DNA of 64,000 nucleotides from Octopus vulgaris. Taxonomy: Eukaryota. Below the pieces are notes generated by a model. The model was not told the DNA's origin. It saw nothing but the letters and a program-made list of their open reading frames with translations, and did not search any database. Position 1 is the first letter of the stretch; every line of letters starts with the position of its first letter. The stretch covers positions 4,774,001-4,838,000 of the forward strand of contig OX597821.1 in NCBI GenBank assembly GCA_951406725.2, read 5' to 3'. A program made the position numbers and the translations under genes. Of this stretch, positions 27,486 through 42,243 are shown in pieces.

Positions 27486-27487
<2 letters not shown>
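27105..27487 (+). mobile_element. Non-autonomous Helitron-like element
   Basis: 5' TATATAAA followed by (CTGT)-like repeats and accgattctgatgaaact; 3' GC-rich hairpin ccgagcaacgccggg then terminal CTAG (27483-27486); lies in (TA)n. Confidence 0.8.
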
Positions 27488-27532
<45 letters not shown>

Positions 27533-29159
27533 TGAGTACATTCATACATGCTATGCTTATCTTTATGCACATTTCAAATACATATGTTAGTAGAACAATG
27601 TATATGTGCAAGTCTTTCTCCAATTTCAAAATGTAGCCCACTTCATTTTTATATATGTTTTCCAAACACAGAAGTTTTTATCTTTTTGGAAACCAACGCT
27701 TGACATATAAGAAGACTTCAAATAACTCGACGCTACAGATAACATACATACATACGTAACATAATATAACACAGTTTAGTCTTCTGATTGATTTAGGCTA
27801 TTGCAATGCATATTTCACGCTACATATTTTGATCATCGAGCTGGATAGCTATTTGCCTTCACTTACGTTGCTAATAATAAAGAATATGGGTATCACTGCA
27901 CATATTTCGTCTGCATATAAAGTCAAGTCAAAGGGTATTTATTTATATGACTGATGTCTGGAAAATATTAAACTGTTGGCCGATTCAGTAGAGAGTATGA
28001 TTTAACGCTTTACTGTATCATTGATTCACAGATCAACTCCTTTTGATGTATGATTTATAGTTCAACCTTTCAGTGTCGATAAACTAAGTGCCACTAATGT
28101 AGTTGATTTAATTTGCTAAATTCACTGCCTGCAGAAATTGGATTTTCACCTAATCAAAACGAATCAAAATATAACACTGATAGCTGTCTTATCATCTTCT
28201 GGGTGGAATAAATATATTCTGAAATATCAGGATTGGAACCTGATATTATAGCTTGCTGAATGTATTGCAATTCACAAAATTTAGAAGAAGAAATTTATAC
28301 TGATTAGATTTTGACACAACATAATAATATCCACCTGCTTCAATTTCGTATCAAATACACGCTGCCACAGTATGTATTAGCAGCTACATAAATAGCAAAT
28401 ATATATTTTACTATCTATTTATGATGTGCAGATGTAACGAATTATTTAATGTTCTATAGAGAAATATATCTGACAAGAAATATAGATCGCTGCAGCGTTG
28501 GTAATTGAGGACATGCGAGAATCACATTCTGGTTTTCTTAGCTAGAGGAATTGGATACATTATTTAAATCAGGAGTTAAATTTAAGGATACAGTATTTGA
28601 TTGCTATTTCACCTTATACTATACCATCGAGTATGTTGTCAGTCATAAGTATTCCGCTAAGTTTCTTTATATTAGATCAATGTAGCTGCCATATCTTATT
28701 CTCAAAATGGCTCCCTTTCTAGGAACTGTGTGGTTTAATAATGTAAAACTTATGTCACCAACATTAATGTTAGGATTAATATACAAATTTCATCTATGAT
28801 TAAGATTCACCCAAAAGAAAATATTGCAAATCCTAACGGTTGATCTAATCACAAAAATTAGAGTAACCAATATGAACAATATCATCATCCACTATATCTA
28901 CAGCGACAACAATTAAAACAATAAGATGAGCATTAACACAAATGCCAAAATGATATATAATTAAATAACCACGACCTAACGAAGAACAGACCAAATGACA
29001 TATAGACTTGCTAAAATGGTAGCAAAATTACCTCCTCTTGCACTATTCTATCTTTAAAAAAATTATGATACATTGAACAAGGTAATTTTTAAAACGCGTG
29101 AATGGAATACTGAATAGTCTTGGTTGGAACAATGTACAATATTCACACTTATATATATT

Positions 29160-29370
29160 GATTTCAAATTTTGGCACAAGGCCAGCAATTTAGGGGTAGG
29201 CTTTAAGTTGAGTACATATATCTCAATGCTCAATTGGTACTTAAATTAGGGTTTCCGAAAGAATGAAAGGCAAATTCGACTTTGGCGGAATGTAAACTCA
29301 GAACATAAAGTCAGACGAAAGACTGCTACTTATTTTGCCATTTTGCAAACGATTCTGCCAAGTCGTCGCA
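29160..29370 (-). mobile_element. SINE family A, decayed
   Basis: atgaaaggcaaattcgactttggcggaatgtaaactcagaac is the reverse complement of the family A core. Confidence 0.75.
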
Positions 29371-30554
29371 TTACTGACATACATTGATATACTGGTGTGT
29401 AGGAATATGTATAAATTTGTTTTCATTGTGCTTTTGAAAGAGCGAATGTGTACGAGTGTTTGTATGTGTGTGTGTGTGTGTAATCTCAATTAGTCCCAAA
29501 ACTATAGTTCGAGACACTTTTCATAAGTTCTGCGCAGTGAAACCGAACCCGGTGTGGTTAAGCTGATGGTTTGCAAATGAAACTTCTTAACCACGCAGTA
29601 ATAATTCAAAAGTATTTTGCTATACAAATGGCTTCTTCCAATAATATTTAATACAATGGATTTATATATCGTTTTTAGTTTATGCGACATTTAGTTTGCA
29701 TTAGTAGAATGCTGGCCGTTATGTTTCCAGATTTAGGAATTGATGGAGCTGATACCACTTCATTTTATATGGCATGAAACTAGCAATTTTTGTAGTAGCA
29801 TCAATATGTTGTCTCCAGTTATAATTAAATATTCATATGATGGAATATTACCTGTTTGCTATTTTTCTTTTAAGCTATTTGCAAATATATTTTACTGATA
29901 GTTGATATAGCAATTAGTTTTGGTAAATTTTATTCTGTTTATTTCTATTTTGTCATTTCTTAATCTCCCTTTACTTCTATTAAAAATCTAGTTCTCTGGC
30001 GTGTGAATGATTGAAATATATCAGTTTCTCACCAATCATTTCAGATATCCAAGAGTCAATTCCTAAGGTGTGAAAAGCAACAGAATAGTTGTTAGTACTT
30101 AGACACAATGTCTCTGTCGGTCGTAGTCTACAACATACATTTTCATATGTTTGCACCAGCCATGGACAAGACTTGTTTGAGGAGGATTGGCTGTTGCTTA
30201 TGCATGCGACTTTCCACTCAGTGATGGCTGACCAAGGTAATGGATGCCGAATTGGGCAGATAAATTTTGCTATCATAACATGTTGCTGGCATACCGAAAA
30301 CTATAAGAGCAGATACAGGAGGTTATTTTTCCCAACACTCTTTTCTGCCAAACTAGGGTACTGCGACATATTACAGATCAAGAAACGATGAAAGGAAAAA
30401 TGGACCGCATTGGCATTTGAACTCAGAATATAAAGACTCTGAGGAAAGGTCAGAAGCCATTCAAACTACGCTCTAACCATCCTGCCAAAATGCTGTTTTG
30501 TGGAGTTGGAATGAATCAAATTTTACACTAGTTGTAAATAAGAAGTTAATTCTT

Positions 30555-30689
30555 GTTGCTTACCAACCACATGGTTCCGGCTTCATTCCTACTGCGTGGC
30601 ACCTTGGGCATGTGTCTTCTACTATAGCCTCGGGCCGACCAACGGATTTTGAGGTGATTTGGTAGACGGAAACTGAAAGAAGCCCGTCG

Positions 30690-30722
<33 letters not shown>

Positions 30723-30935
30723 ATATGTTTGTGAATCTGTGTTTGCTCCCCCAACATCGCTTGACAACCGATGCTGGTGTGTTTACGTCCCCGTAACTTA
30801 GCGGTTCGGCAAAAGTGACCGATAGCATACGTACTAGGCTTACAAAGAATAAGTTCTGGGGTCGATTTGCTCCACTAAAGGCGATGCTCCAGCATGGCGG
30901 CAGTAAAATTACTGAAATAAGTAAAAGAGTAAAAG
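30555..30935 (+). mobile_element. SINE family B
   Basis: accaaccacatggttccgg...(TA)n...gactgaaataagtaaaagag-type tail. Confidence 0.9.
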
Positions 30936-31154
30936 ATATTTCAGGTTCGCTCAACATAGCAAACTAGTTTAATAATCTTTCGTATACAATACTACTGACA
31001 TTTATATCGGTCAGTTGTTCATTCATTTGGAATGCATTTACTGGTATATGAACAGCGCTAGCATGATTCATATGTCTACACCAACTTACACTCGTAGTTC
31101 AGCAGAGAGTAAACCGCACACTTACTTAGTTCGCTTCGTTGTGTGCTCATAATC

Positions 31155-31535
31155 GCGGAACTCTGTCAGTTACGATGAGTAGGGTTCCTGATGATCCGAT
31201 CAACGGAACAGCTGAGTCGTGAAATTAAGATGCAAGTGGCTGAGCACTCTACAGACACATGTACCAATAATGTAGTTTTCGGGGAGATTTAGCGTAACAC
31301 AGAGTGGGACAATGCTGGCCCTTTGAAATACAGGTACATCAGAAACAGGGAGAAAGAGTAAGGGAAAGTTGTGGTAAAAAATACAACAGGGTTCACCACT
31401 CCCACCAGCCGGAACCTCGTGATGACTTAGGTGTTTTCGCTCAATAAACACTCACAACACCCGGTCTGGGAATCGAAACCGCGATCCTACGACCGTGTGT
31501 CCGCTGCCCTAACCACTGGGTCATTGCACTTCCAC
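31155..31535 (-). mobile_element. SINE family C
   Basis: Colinear with 13615-13987. Confidence 0.9.
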
Positions 31536-31679
31536 AGTGGTCATTATCTTCCCTCTTGTATCAAGGGGTATAACATTGTATGAAGTTGTAGCTCAGCAAT
31601 ATTTGTTACTTCTACAACCTAGTTATTACTATAAGGCTTTTTGATTCTGTCACAAACCAACACTTAAAGGTAGCGATGG

Positions 31680-32125
31680 ATCTTATACGCAACTGGCACG
31701 TATTTTATCAACCTCGAAAAGATAAATGGTAAAGTCGACCTTAGTAGAAGTTGAATTTAGATCGTAAATAACCGGGGGAAAATGCCCTCAGTTATTTTAT
31801 CTAAGACGGTGACATTTCTGTCAGCTCAGCGGCTGATTATTATTCTAACATTAGCTGTATGTTTGCTAATAGCAAATATACATCACGGCCGCAGTTCCAA
31901 TTCTAGTTCGAATATATTCTGTTCTACTCTAGGCACAAGACTCGAAATTTGTGGCCAGTCGATTAGATCAACCACAGTGTACATCTGGTAAATAATTTAT
32001 CGAATCCTAATGTATGAAAGGTAAAGACGACCTCGGCGGAATTTTAACTCAAAACGTAAAGACAGACGAAGGGCTGTTAAGCATTTCGCCCGGCGTGCTC
32101 ATGCTTCTGCCAGCTCGCAGTCTTT
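31680..32125 (-). mobile_element. Two decayed SINE family A copies
   Basis: aaagtcgaccttagtagaagttgaattt and aaagacgacctcggcggaattttaactc cores. Confidence 0.7.
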
Positions 32126-32819
32126 AAATTCGAATAAATTGCAGCAATGCTATTGACGTTGTTATTTGACGTTGCTACAGTGATTTTTTCCTTTTTTATT
32201 TTTTGTTTGTTTGTGTATCTTATTTAAATCAGTTTGGGGAATATTGAATCACAAACCGTAGTTTATTGAAATGAATGACTTATTACATCTTATTGTCTGT
32301 TTCCTGCGATGTTAGACAAAATCTTGTGTCAGAACATCAAGGCAAAACAAATACATCAACTACAGTCAAACCGAACATGATTAATCAATATATACTTATA
32401 TGAGCAGGTTACTGCGATATTTCATAACACACTGAAACAAAGAAAAATGCATCTTGATACAGGACATAGTTATTACGAAATAATAAATTTATTACGAAGT
32501 TAGACACATCGTAGAGTTCTCCAGGATGACTCAAGAAATTATCATTCGCAACAGCATCTGAAATTCTAGAAAACTCCATCCAAACTTCTTTCAAGCCATT
32601 ATATACCACTCTAGAAGAGGCCAAGTATACAGTACATATAGTCTAAGACAGACAATCAGATGCGACGTTCGCTGATGGAATACTGCCCATCATAAGTCTA
32701 CTAAATACGATTAAGTTCGGAGTTAAATAGAAATATCAATAACAAATGTTAAAAAAAATATGGCTGTGTTGTAACTCGCTTTGTAGTCACGTGGATTCTG
32801 TTATGGCTTCACTGCACGG

Positions 32820-33110
32820 TGAGCGGGGCCCGATTGAGCAAACACCAACCGTTCTACCTGCAACACCACAACAGATCTCTTGACCAAGATAAAGAAAGCG
32901 TTCGTAGATCTGCCCAAAGACACAGTGAGAAACGAATCCACCAGGTTTCCCGGTTTCCGGCGTCATGTGATAGTGGTCTACTTTGAGTAAACTGATCTGT
33001 GTAAAATGCTATCTCCCAGATATGTCCTGCTTGATATTTTTGATGATTTAAAATACTTTTCTTTTTGGATAAGATATCGTTTCCCATTTCTGTCAAACGT
33101 TGTTCGAAAA
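32820..33110 (+). mobile_element. Tc1/mariner-superfamily transposase C-terminal fragment
   Basis: NTNRSTCNTTTDLLTKIKKAFVDLPKDTVRNESTRF...YFE* resembles the helix following the SPDLNP motif. Confidence 0.6.
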
Positions 33111-33674
33111 CCCTTTGTCCATGTGAGAGAGTATGTGTGTGCGCGGGTGTATGTGTGTGTGCGTGTGTGTGTGTAGGTGCTTGCGAGTGCGTGCGAGTGC
33201 GTGCGACTGCTTGCGTGTCTGTGTATAATTATTGTAGCTTTTTTCAACAAATTTCAACACAAACAATAATATTATTTAGCAAAAAATCATCTTTAAATGA
33301 CAGTCTGACCATCTGCCAAGCAAATGGAAAGGAGTAATTGAAGTAGATGGTGAATATGCTCCGGAATAACCATTTAAAGATGTTTTTGTTACATGTTATT
33401 GTTTTTGTTGAATAAAATCTGTTGAGAAAAACCGCAATGATTATGCGCCAAACAAATAGAAGATCTACCAACTTAAGAGTAAATTCTATGGTCTATTTGT
33501 CTGACTAAAACCCTGAAGCCAGTACAGTAGCATAGTCACAGTCGAATGGCAAAAATAAATGAAACACTAAACAATACACCTATCACTGATTGAAACAGAA
33601 GAAAAGATTTTGATTCGCTTTTTTTTTTAGTTTCTTGTTGCGATAGTGGACACCTGAGAGATATAACCCTTTCT

Positions 33675-34025
33675 ACTCTAGGCACATTGACCGAAATTTT
33701 GGTTGGGGGGGGGGGGGGCAAGTCGATGGATGGAAGGCAAAGTCGATCTCGGCGGAATTTGAACTCAGAACGTAGCAGCAGAAGAAATGCCTATTTCTTT
33801 ACTACCCACAAGGGGCTAAACACACAGGAGACAAACAAGGTCAGACAGACGGATTAAATCGAACATATCGACCCCAGTGCGTAACTGGTACTTAATTTAT
33901 CGACCTCGAAAAGATGAAAGGCAAAGTCGGCCTAGGTGGAATTTGAACTCAGAACGTAGCGGCAGACAAAATACCGCTAAGCATCTCGCCCGGCGTGCTA
34001 ACGTTTCTACCAGCTCACCGCTTTA
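33675..34025 (-). mobile_element. SINE family A with internal unit duplicated
   Basis: gaaggcaaagtcg..ggaatttgaactcagaacgtagc occurs twice. Confidence 0.85.
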
Positions 34026-34743
34026 GTTGGGAGATATAACACATGCTATCATACGTTTCGATTGTTTTAGTTTATTGATTCTAAAACACTTTATCAATCA
34101 AGTAGAGTACGGGTACGAGATTAACTAGGGTATATAATTACTTACTTCCATGCTTTCCAATTCATATGTCATTAGCACATCTGTGTTGCGACGCTATATT
34201 TGCAAGTATTTCTTCTTGCAAACTAGCATTTTGCGGAGGCACAGCTCTGTAGTAAATATCTTCGGTTTGCAACTACTTCGTATCAGAATTAGCAGCAAGG
34301 TGCGGCACCTTGGACAATTGCCTTCTTACTTAGTTTCACGTTCTCCTATGAATTGTGAATGTATACAGTTGAGGCACGGTGTCAGACGAAAACTGTGTGA
34401 GAGGAAGCTTCATATATCTAATCATCTACAGTTAGTTTATTTACATCCTGGCAAATTTTACTTCTGCAAAAGTAAACCATAATACAAATACCAGACTGAA
34501 ACAGTAAGTATTGAAGTATACCTGTTTCAGTAAACATTTCAAGGCAAGTATCCCAGTATAGCAACCATCATCCGGCGCTTGAAACAAAAAGTACAAAGGT
34601 TACGGAAGAAAGCAAAAGACATCGAGACACCTTCCAGGGAGTCAAGTTACTGTATACTTAAGTCGTACCACTTAAATTTACAATCACACACACTCGCAAA
34701 AATACACACACGCGCGCACACATACATATTTTTTTCTGAAATA

Positions 34744-34895
34744 TTTCAGCTTAGAGCCGCGGCTATGCTGATGCACCACCGTTTAAAAGTGTGAGGCTTA
34801 CAGCACCTAGATTTCCCAAGCGGGCACCCATCTAAGTACTAACTCGATGTTGCTTAACTTCGGTGATCGTACGAGAACGTGATATGGTCGTAAGC
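34744..34895 (-). pseudogene. 5S rRNA-derived copy (34794-34895, two internal deletions) fused to a SINE-like tail (34744-34793)
   Basis: Minus strand reads GCTTACGACCATATCACGTT|CTCGTACGATCACCGAAGTTAAGCAACATCGAG|TTAGTACTTAGATGGGTG...GGTGCTGTAAGC: 5S termini, box A and box C; 102 nt versus ~120 expected. Confidence 0.9.
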
Positions 34896-34916
34896 ATATA
34901 TATGGATATATATACA

Positions 34917-34969
<53 letters not shown>

Positions 34970-34993
34970 ATATATATGCACATGTATATATAC

Positions 34994-35044
<51 letters not shown>

Positions 35045-35046
<2 letters not shown>

Positions 35047-35680
35047 GAAAAATACAAACTGGGACAAGAACGTAAAACATTTAGAAGACGATACAAAAAA
35101 CACGGACGGGACATTCGAAGCCTTCAATCTTCAGTCAAGAACCGGATCATCCTAGCAATTTCGGCTGATCAATCTTGAGATCGCTCCGATACGGCCAGCC
35201 CCAAGGAAAAATTAAGCTACGAGCATTAGATTTCTTGGAAGAAGAATCGAATGTATACGAAACAGGGACAGAAAAACGGACGATGCCACACGAATATAAA
35301 ATACAAAAAACAATAATGGTAAAAACAGGACAAAAACAACGGGTGTCTTACGAATAATAAACAGTACAAGTTTAGCTGGCGTATTTTGAAAAAATGCCTT
35401 TATCGGCAGACGAAGACAACAGATGTTCTCACGGCAGTGGTCGGAGGCCAAAAAGGCTGATTTGATCAGCGGTCACGTGAGAGAAGAGAGAGAAAAGAAA
35501 GGGGGCAAAGGAAACAAAGTGAGAGAGAAAAAGAGGGACGGGGGCAACAAAGGAGGGAGAAGAGAGAGAAAGAAGGAATTAAAGAGGGGAGAAGAAACAG
35601 GGAGTGCCAAGGATTGGCTTGTGAGTGCAAAGTGAGAAAGACAGAGAAATGTGAGAGAGTGGGGGAGGAGTAGACCATAT
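35045..35680. mobile_element. (TA)n-inserted non-coding element with purine-rich end; partial second copy at 11636-11752
   Basis: Homology within the window; TA tracts on both sides. Confidence 0.65.
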
Positions 35681-35977
35681 ATGTATATATATATATACAT
35701 ATTTAGTCGATTGATATGCTAATTCTATTTAGATTTTTAGTAGCATGACACGTTGTAAATTTCTTAGTCGATTGTATTCAACTTTTTGCATGCCGTTCTC
35801 TATATCTGTATTTTTATTCGCATATATATTTTTGCCGTCTGTGTTTTTTGTATATATGTACCTTATATGTATAAGAACAATAGTAGTATTTATCTGTGAT
35901 GAAATGTTTGGAGGTATGGTGTCATATATGAAGTCGTTGACAAGAATTGGACATTTGTTCTATGATCAATGTAGCTT

Positions 35978-36020
<43 letters not shown>

Positions 36021-36200
36021 CGCCTAGAAAATAATTCAGAGATAAGTGACAGACTGAAAAATTTCTCATAATATGCCTGCTACTCTGCAAGACATGAGTT
36101 ATCGCTATCACCAAACTCCACCAGCCTCTGGCATGGAACTCTAAAGTAGAAGGGAGTGTTATGCGCACGTTCACACACATATATCCATACATATTTGCGT

Positions 36201-36239
<39 letters not shown>

Positions 36240-36240
36240 A

Positions 36241-36274
<34 letters not shown>

Positions 36275-36283
36275 ATGTATATG

Positions 36284-36448
<165 letters not shown>

Positions 36449-37137
36449 GCATGTTTCTTAATTCCAAATAATCCATAAATTATATAGATATTCTTTGGCA
36501 TAATCAGTAAAAAATACCTGCCTGTAGTGATTTACGATGTACCCTGTGGATTACTCATATTCTTTTTTGCCGTTATAAGTGCATTTTATTGATATGTATG
36601 TGGGCTTTTTCTACGCTTGCGTATCTATACATGAATTCTGCAACGAGAAGTAATAAAACTTTAAATAAATCCCAAAGAAGTACATAGACATACAAATACT
36701 TGTCCACACATACATGTATCGACGCATGAATTTATGTGTATGTGTGTGTCTATAAGCCTGTATGTTCTTAGCATGAGTATATTTATGTATGTAGTTTCTT
36801 CTATATGCATTTTGTGTTCGAAATCATTATTCTCCAGCATATGGTTTCAATAATTTCTCCTGAGATATTAAACACAGTTTCTAGAAATCATAACAGCAGG
36901 CAAGTCTTACGCAGCAGCCATTTTTAACTGCTATAATACTTTCACTACGGAGATAATACACTCGTGTATTTCTGTTGGAAGCGAATGCTCGTACGAGCAG
37001 CATACGGGGTATGTGTGTTTGATAAAGTAACGTAATTTGAGAAAAATATTTACACGAACATGAACTGTGATACATTTATACTTATATATGCTCATATATA
37101 GATAAAGCTGTGTATGTACTTGCATGAATATATTATA

Positions 37138-37185
<48 letters not shown>

Positions 37186-37233
37186 GTGTGTGTGTGTATA
37201 GAGTAAGAGTGACAGTCAGACAGATAGGTAGAC

Positions 37234-37291
<58 letters not shown>

Positions 37292-37383
37292 ACAGACAGA
37301 TAGACAGATATATGCGTATGTATATATTGAATGTATGTTTATATATATATATATTTCCATATGTTTCTCTCTCTTTATATATT

Positions 37384-37427
<44 letters not shown>

Positions 37428-37434
37428 CTATTTA

Positions 37435-37500
37435 GTCATCTACTTGTTTCCATCATTTGACTGTGCCCATGCTGGGACAAGCACAGACATAGACACACAA

Positions 37501-37531
<31 letters not shown>

Positions 37532-37700
37532 AATGCCTATATACACACACGTATGTATGTATATGTGTATATATATATACTTACGACAGGCTTCTTTCAG
37601 TTTCCGTCTACCAAATCTACTCAAAAGGCTTTGGTCGGTCCTAGGCTACAGTAGAAGAAATTTGTTCATGTGGTTGGGAAGGAAGCTTGCTATCACATAG
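37435..37700 (-). mobile_element. SINE family B, deleted copy
   Basis: tcatttgactgtgcccatgctgg tail and cttctttcagtttccgtctaccaaat body. Confidence 0.75.
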
Positions 37701-37714
37701 TCATATATTTTATC

Positions 37715-37754
<40 letters not shown>

Positions 37755-38439
37755 TCTCCATCTCTCCCTCGCTCGCTGCGCTCTCTCAACTGACTGCCCG
37801 AAGCTTACTAGCTTCCTATACCTTGATCCTCGTATCTTACATTTACGTATTACATATACATGCGTGTGTATGTATTGTGTGTGTATATATACACATATAT
37901 ATAAATATATAAATATATACATATATATATATATACATTTATATACATATATATACTTTTATATATATACTTACATACATACATACATACGGGCATACAT
38001 ACTCGCCTACATATATGCATGCATACATACACGTATACATAACTATGACTGTATATTGCTTAATGATGTTTTTTGTGTTTCGCGTGTTTAATTACTTCTG
38101 TACATCAAGTATTATAAAATCGGCGTTTAAATTGTTTTGTCGAATTACTCTCCGTGTTCTTGTGTATTGTGTTATACGAGAATAATCCTAAAGCTGGACG
38201 TAACTGTTCGTTTTTACTTGTCTTTACATAGAAAAGAAATAACAATAAACGAACTGACAACGAACATATATATTTTTCTTTTTAGTATATTGCGTGTGCG
38301 TATGTGTGGGCGAAAGTACCAATCTACCGTAAATACTCTAAAAACAACAGCAACAACAACAACACAGCAGCAGCAATATAGATGTAGCATAGGAAATGTA
38401 ATTGGTGGAAATACTTTTGGTGGTGGTACACGACGATAC

Positions 38440-38850
38440 GATAATTGAAGGAGAAATGATAGAGACAATTTCCAAAGAATACAAAAGAAGAATTAGGAAG
38501 GTTCTTGAAAGAGGAAATTGAATAGAGCAGAATTATTAAAGCAATAAATATATAGACTATGTTAGTATTAAAATACTCCGCTCCTTCTCTAAAATGGGTA
38601 AAGTTCGAGATACAAAACTTAGATAGAACTACACTCTGTTCGCAATGCGCAACGCAAACTATACTACCATTAATACCGGAACGCTCTGACTACCAAGAAA
38701 TGGACAAAGCGTAGGGTTGTTAAATATAGAAGTCTCCGCTAGAACTGCGATATTGAGGTTCAAAAGTAATCTAATTAATGCAGACAGAATATTGCCGGTG
38801 ACTTCAAATGTTCAAAAAGTTACTAAAAGTGTAGGAGAAATCAAGAACAG
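38440..38850 (+). mobile_element. R4/Dong-like RT thumb region fragment
   Basis: ISKEYKRRIRKVL..KAINI*TMLVLKYSA..KWVKFEIQNLDRTT..L*LPRNGQSVGLLNIE resembles LYLPRxxGGRGL. Confidence 0.75.
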
Positions 38851-38904
38851 TGATGACTTAGTTTAGTAAATTCAATAGACCCCAATGCCTAAACGGTATT
38901 ATTT

Positions 38905-39145
38905 TAGAAGGCGGCGAGCTGGCAGACACGTTAGCACGCCAGGCGAAATGCGTAGCCGTATTTCGTCTGTCATTACATTCTGAGTTCAAATTCCGCCGAG
39001 GTCAACTTTGCCTTTCATCCTTTCGGGGTCGATAAATTAAGTACCAAATACGCACTGGGGTCGATATAATCGACTTAATACCTCTGTCTGTCTTTGTTTG
39101 TACCCTCTATGTTTAGCCCCTTGTGGGTAATAAAGAATTAGGTAT
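38905..39145 (+). mobile_element. SINE family A
   Basis: aaggcggcgagctggcag...gagttcaaattccgccgagg...ttgtgggtaataaagaa. Confidence 0.9.
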
Positions 39146-39239
39146 TATTTTACCAATTCCCAAAACATGAGTGCACCAACAAACTAGATAAGACACATCC
39201 AGTATACTTGTAGGCATATACAAGCATGTACAAACCTTC

Positions 39240-39391
39240 AAGACGAAAACAGGTGTATGAACAACAAGCAAGTGTTTTAGTTTGACGCTAGAGGAAGTGA
39301 AAAAGTATTTTACGTTTCGAACCTACGCTCTTCAAAAGAAAGGAATAAGAGAAAATAAACAGAAAGAATAAAAAAGTCGTGGATTCAGCGG

Positions 39392-39393
<2 letters not shown>
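39240..39393 (-). mobile_element. Short TA-adjacent element with a decayed minimal hammerhead-like motif (39308-39341)
   Basis: Minus strand reads ttt CTTTTGA a gagc gtag gttc GAAA cg TA aaa; core positions G5 and A6 are altered. Confidence 0.5.
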
Positions 39394-39455
<62 letters not shown>

Positions 39456-39654
39456 TGTATGTATGTATGTATGTATGTATGTATTTTTGTATGTTTTTAT
39501 ATGTACGTATATAATTGTGTCTGGGGAGACCCATTCTGTTTTAATGTTTTATCAATGAACATACTCAGCGGTTCGATTTTCACTAATTTCCTTAATTATT
39601 TTTGGGAAAATATTTTTGCTTCTTGCAACATCTTTGATAGAGGTTCACTCGAAA

Positions 39655-39685
<31 letters not shown>

Positions 39686-39994
39686 GTAAATGTGTAGAAA
39701 TATATCCGGTGAGTGTGTTAATTGATAAGGCATTAAAACATAATCAGTGTCCCCATACAGTAAAATATGCTTCAAAACACGAATTCCCGTAAAGTATCTT
39801 ACAAACCAATACATAAGCGAAATATATATATATAGAAATATGAGCTAAAAAATATAAATCGAATAACCACAGAAAATCGCCAGCCTCAGGAGATGATCAA
39901 GGACCTGCGAGTGGCAAGCCATAACATCTTTCTCTAGCGAGATAAAACTCGGAGAATGAAGTAATATATATACATTGATTTACTAGGATCGCCG

Positions 39995-40210
39995 CCTTAG
40001 TTTCAAATTTTGGTCAGAAACCAGAAATTTCAGTGGAGATGATAAATCGATTATATTGACCTCAGTTCTCAATCGGTACTTATTTTATTGACTTGGAAAG
40101 GATGAATAGTGAAGTGGATCTCGGCAGAATTTAGACTCAGAACATAAATGCGGACGAAATACCATTAAACATTTTGCCCGTAATGCTGACGACTCTGCCG
40201 TCGTCTCACC
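39995..40210 (-). mobile_element. SINE family A, decayed
   Basis: gatctcggcagaatttagactcagaac core. Confidence 0.7.
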
Positions 40211-42029
40211 GTCTATTATATGTATTCCCATAATGTCCATCATGTTTTGCTATCATGTCCACACAACAACGTTACAGTAGGGTCAAAATGTGAGCTTCAC
40301 GTTGCCAGTCATTACAATAGTCGGAACAAGTAACCGAATCTCTCAGAACTCATTCATTGTCATCATCGTATGGAAATGTCATATTAAATAGTGTAAACCT
40401 GGTTACACTTCTCTTCATTGGATCCGATGTTCATAGGTGGGACGTATTTAACAACGCGTCTGTCCTGTCAGACCTGATGTAATAGTCCCTGTGGAGAGGT
40501 TTGTGATTCTGGTTATTCTAGATAAGGAATAAGCTTCAGCTTAACAATTTCAACATCAAATATTCAACTGAGTTAAGGGCAAAATATGGTGACGAATTGC
40601 CAGTCGTTAGTGCGTTCGATTAAGATAGTTGTCCTATATGGTCTAGGTTTTGTAATCTGAGTTCAAATCGCGCCAAGTGCAACTTTAATATTTAGGGGGC
40701 ATATAAATTAAAGTGCTGGTCAAGTAGCGGAATAGAATCTTCTTCGTCTACTACTACAACTAATCCCTTTCTCTCTCTTTCTCTCTCACACATACAAATA
40801 CTCACACACACACACACAACACACACACACACACACACACACTCTCTCTTTCTCTCTCACACACACACACACAACACACACAGACTTTATCAGACCTCTA
40901 TCAGAATCTAAGCATCTCCTTGGAAGAAATTTTGTAAATCAGAATCTTCCCCTAAGGAAAGTGTCCAGAAACCATTTTTTTAACGCTCCCAAGAAAATCC
41001 AAAGACAATCTGCATGTGCTCATCGTAGCAGTCATCTGGAATCGTTCGTAAAAGTTCGGCAATAATTTTGTTGTTGCCGACAGGAGGAAAGTATAAGTTT
41101 CTGATACGTTTTGGACAAATGTAAAACTGTGATACGATTTCAATTTCCTGTTGCAGACATTTTAATTTATTGGAGAAGACAATGCTTTTAGGGAGTATAT
41201 CAATTCCAGAATAACATTTTCCCCCGCATAAAAATTATACTGGGACTCAGCCTACGGACAAAAATAATGATAAATTTCTACTGCATTATGGAGAAAAATG
41301 TAAATAGCTATACTTATTCCTCCCCTTCAGGTAGTAAAAAAAAAAGGTCGAAAGTGAATATAGAAATAGATAAATAAGTAAATAAATACATAGTCAAATC
41401 CATGAAAATTAAAAAGTTCTATGCATCGTAGATAGCGTACGTATTTTTCTCTCTGAATATCTGTCTCGTGTAACAGGGAGAAACAGAATCAGCTGCCAAG
41501 ACAAACATTCGTGAAGGGGAAAATTACAAAGTATATTCTAAACGGAAAGCTGCGAGAACGCATGCTATTTATATTATGTTATTTTATTTAGGCTGGTCTC
41601 ATTCGTGGTATAGCAAGTTCTATGACCAATACAGATTTTATCGATTCCTAAATATTTCCTGCCGTAAAATGTGTTAGCTCAAAACTTTGAGATAAGAAGA
41701 GTACCCTTAGAGTTCTAAATCTAATGGGTAAGGAAAATAAGAGAGAGAGAGAGAGAGGGGGGGATTAGAAAAGCAGAGATGACGTGGTTGTAGTTCGATG
41801 ATTGATTAGGGTAAAATATATAAAGGAAAAGGAGAATATTTTAAAACGTTAGGTATTAATGTAAGTCTGTGAGAGCGTTTGCGGTAAAATATGGCTTTTC
41901 GAAATTATTAAAACGTGGCGGAATAACTGAAATAAACTATAAAAGGTAGTTATAGCTGATTCGTGCCGAAATTATCCGAGTGTGGGAAAACCGCAAATGC
42001 AAATACATATGTATATGCACATATATACG

Positions 42030-42180
42030 TGGGTATGTGTGTGTATGTGTGTGGTAAGAATCTTGTTTCCCAACCACGGGATTCCGGCTCGATCCCATTA
42101 CATGACACCTCGGGCGAGTCTCATCAGCCAACCAAAGTATTGTGATTGGATTTGGTAGATGGAAACTGAAAGAAACACGT

Positions 42181-42243
<63 letters not shown>

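Noticed and set aside
29980-30391. Overlapping 98-aa and 100-aa ORFs in unique-looking DNA
   Set aside because: No recognisable motif; all frames after the candidate splice acceptor close quickly.
35120-35200. CTGAAGA and CCGAAA motifs in the 35-kb/11.6-kb element
   Set aside because: Could not be folded into any hammerhead topology with consistent stems.
40950-41160. Open minus-strand frames in unique-looking DNA
   Set aside because: No recognisable homology or exon boundaries; needs BLASTX or RNA-seq.
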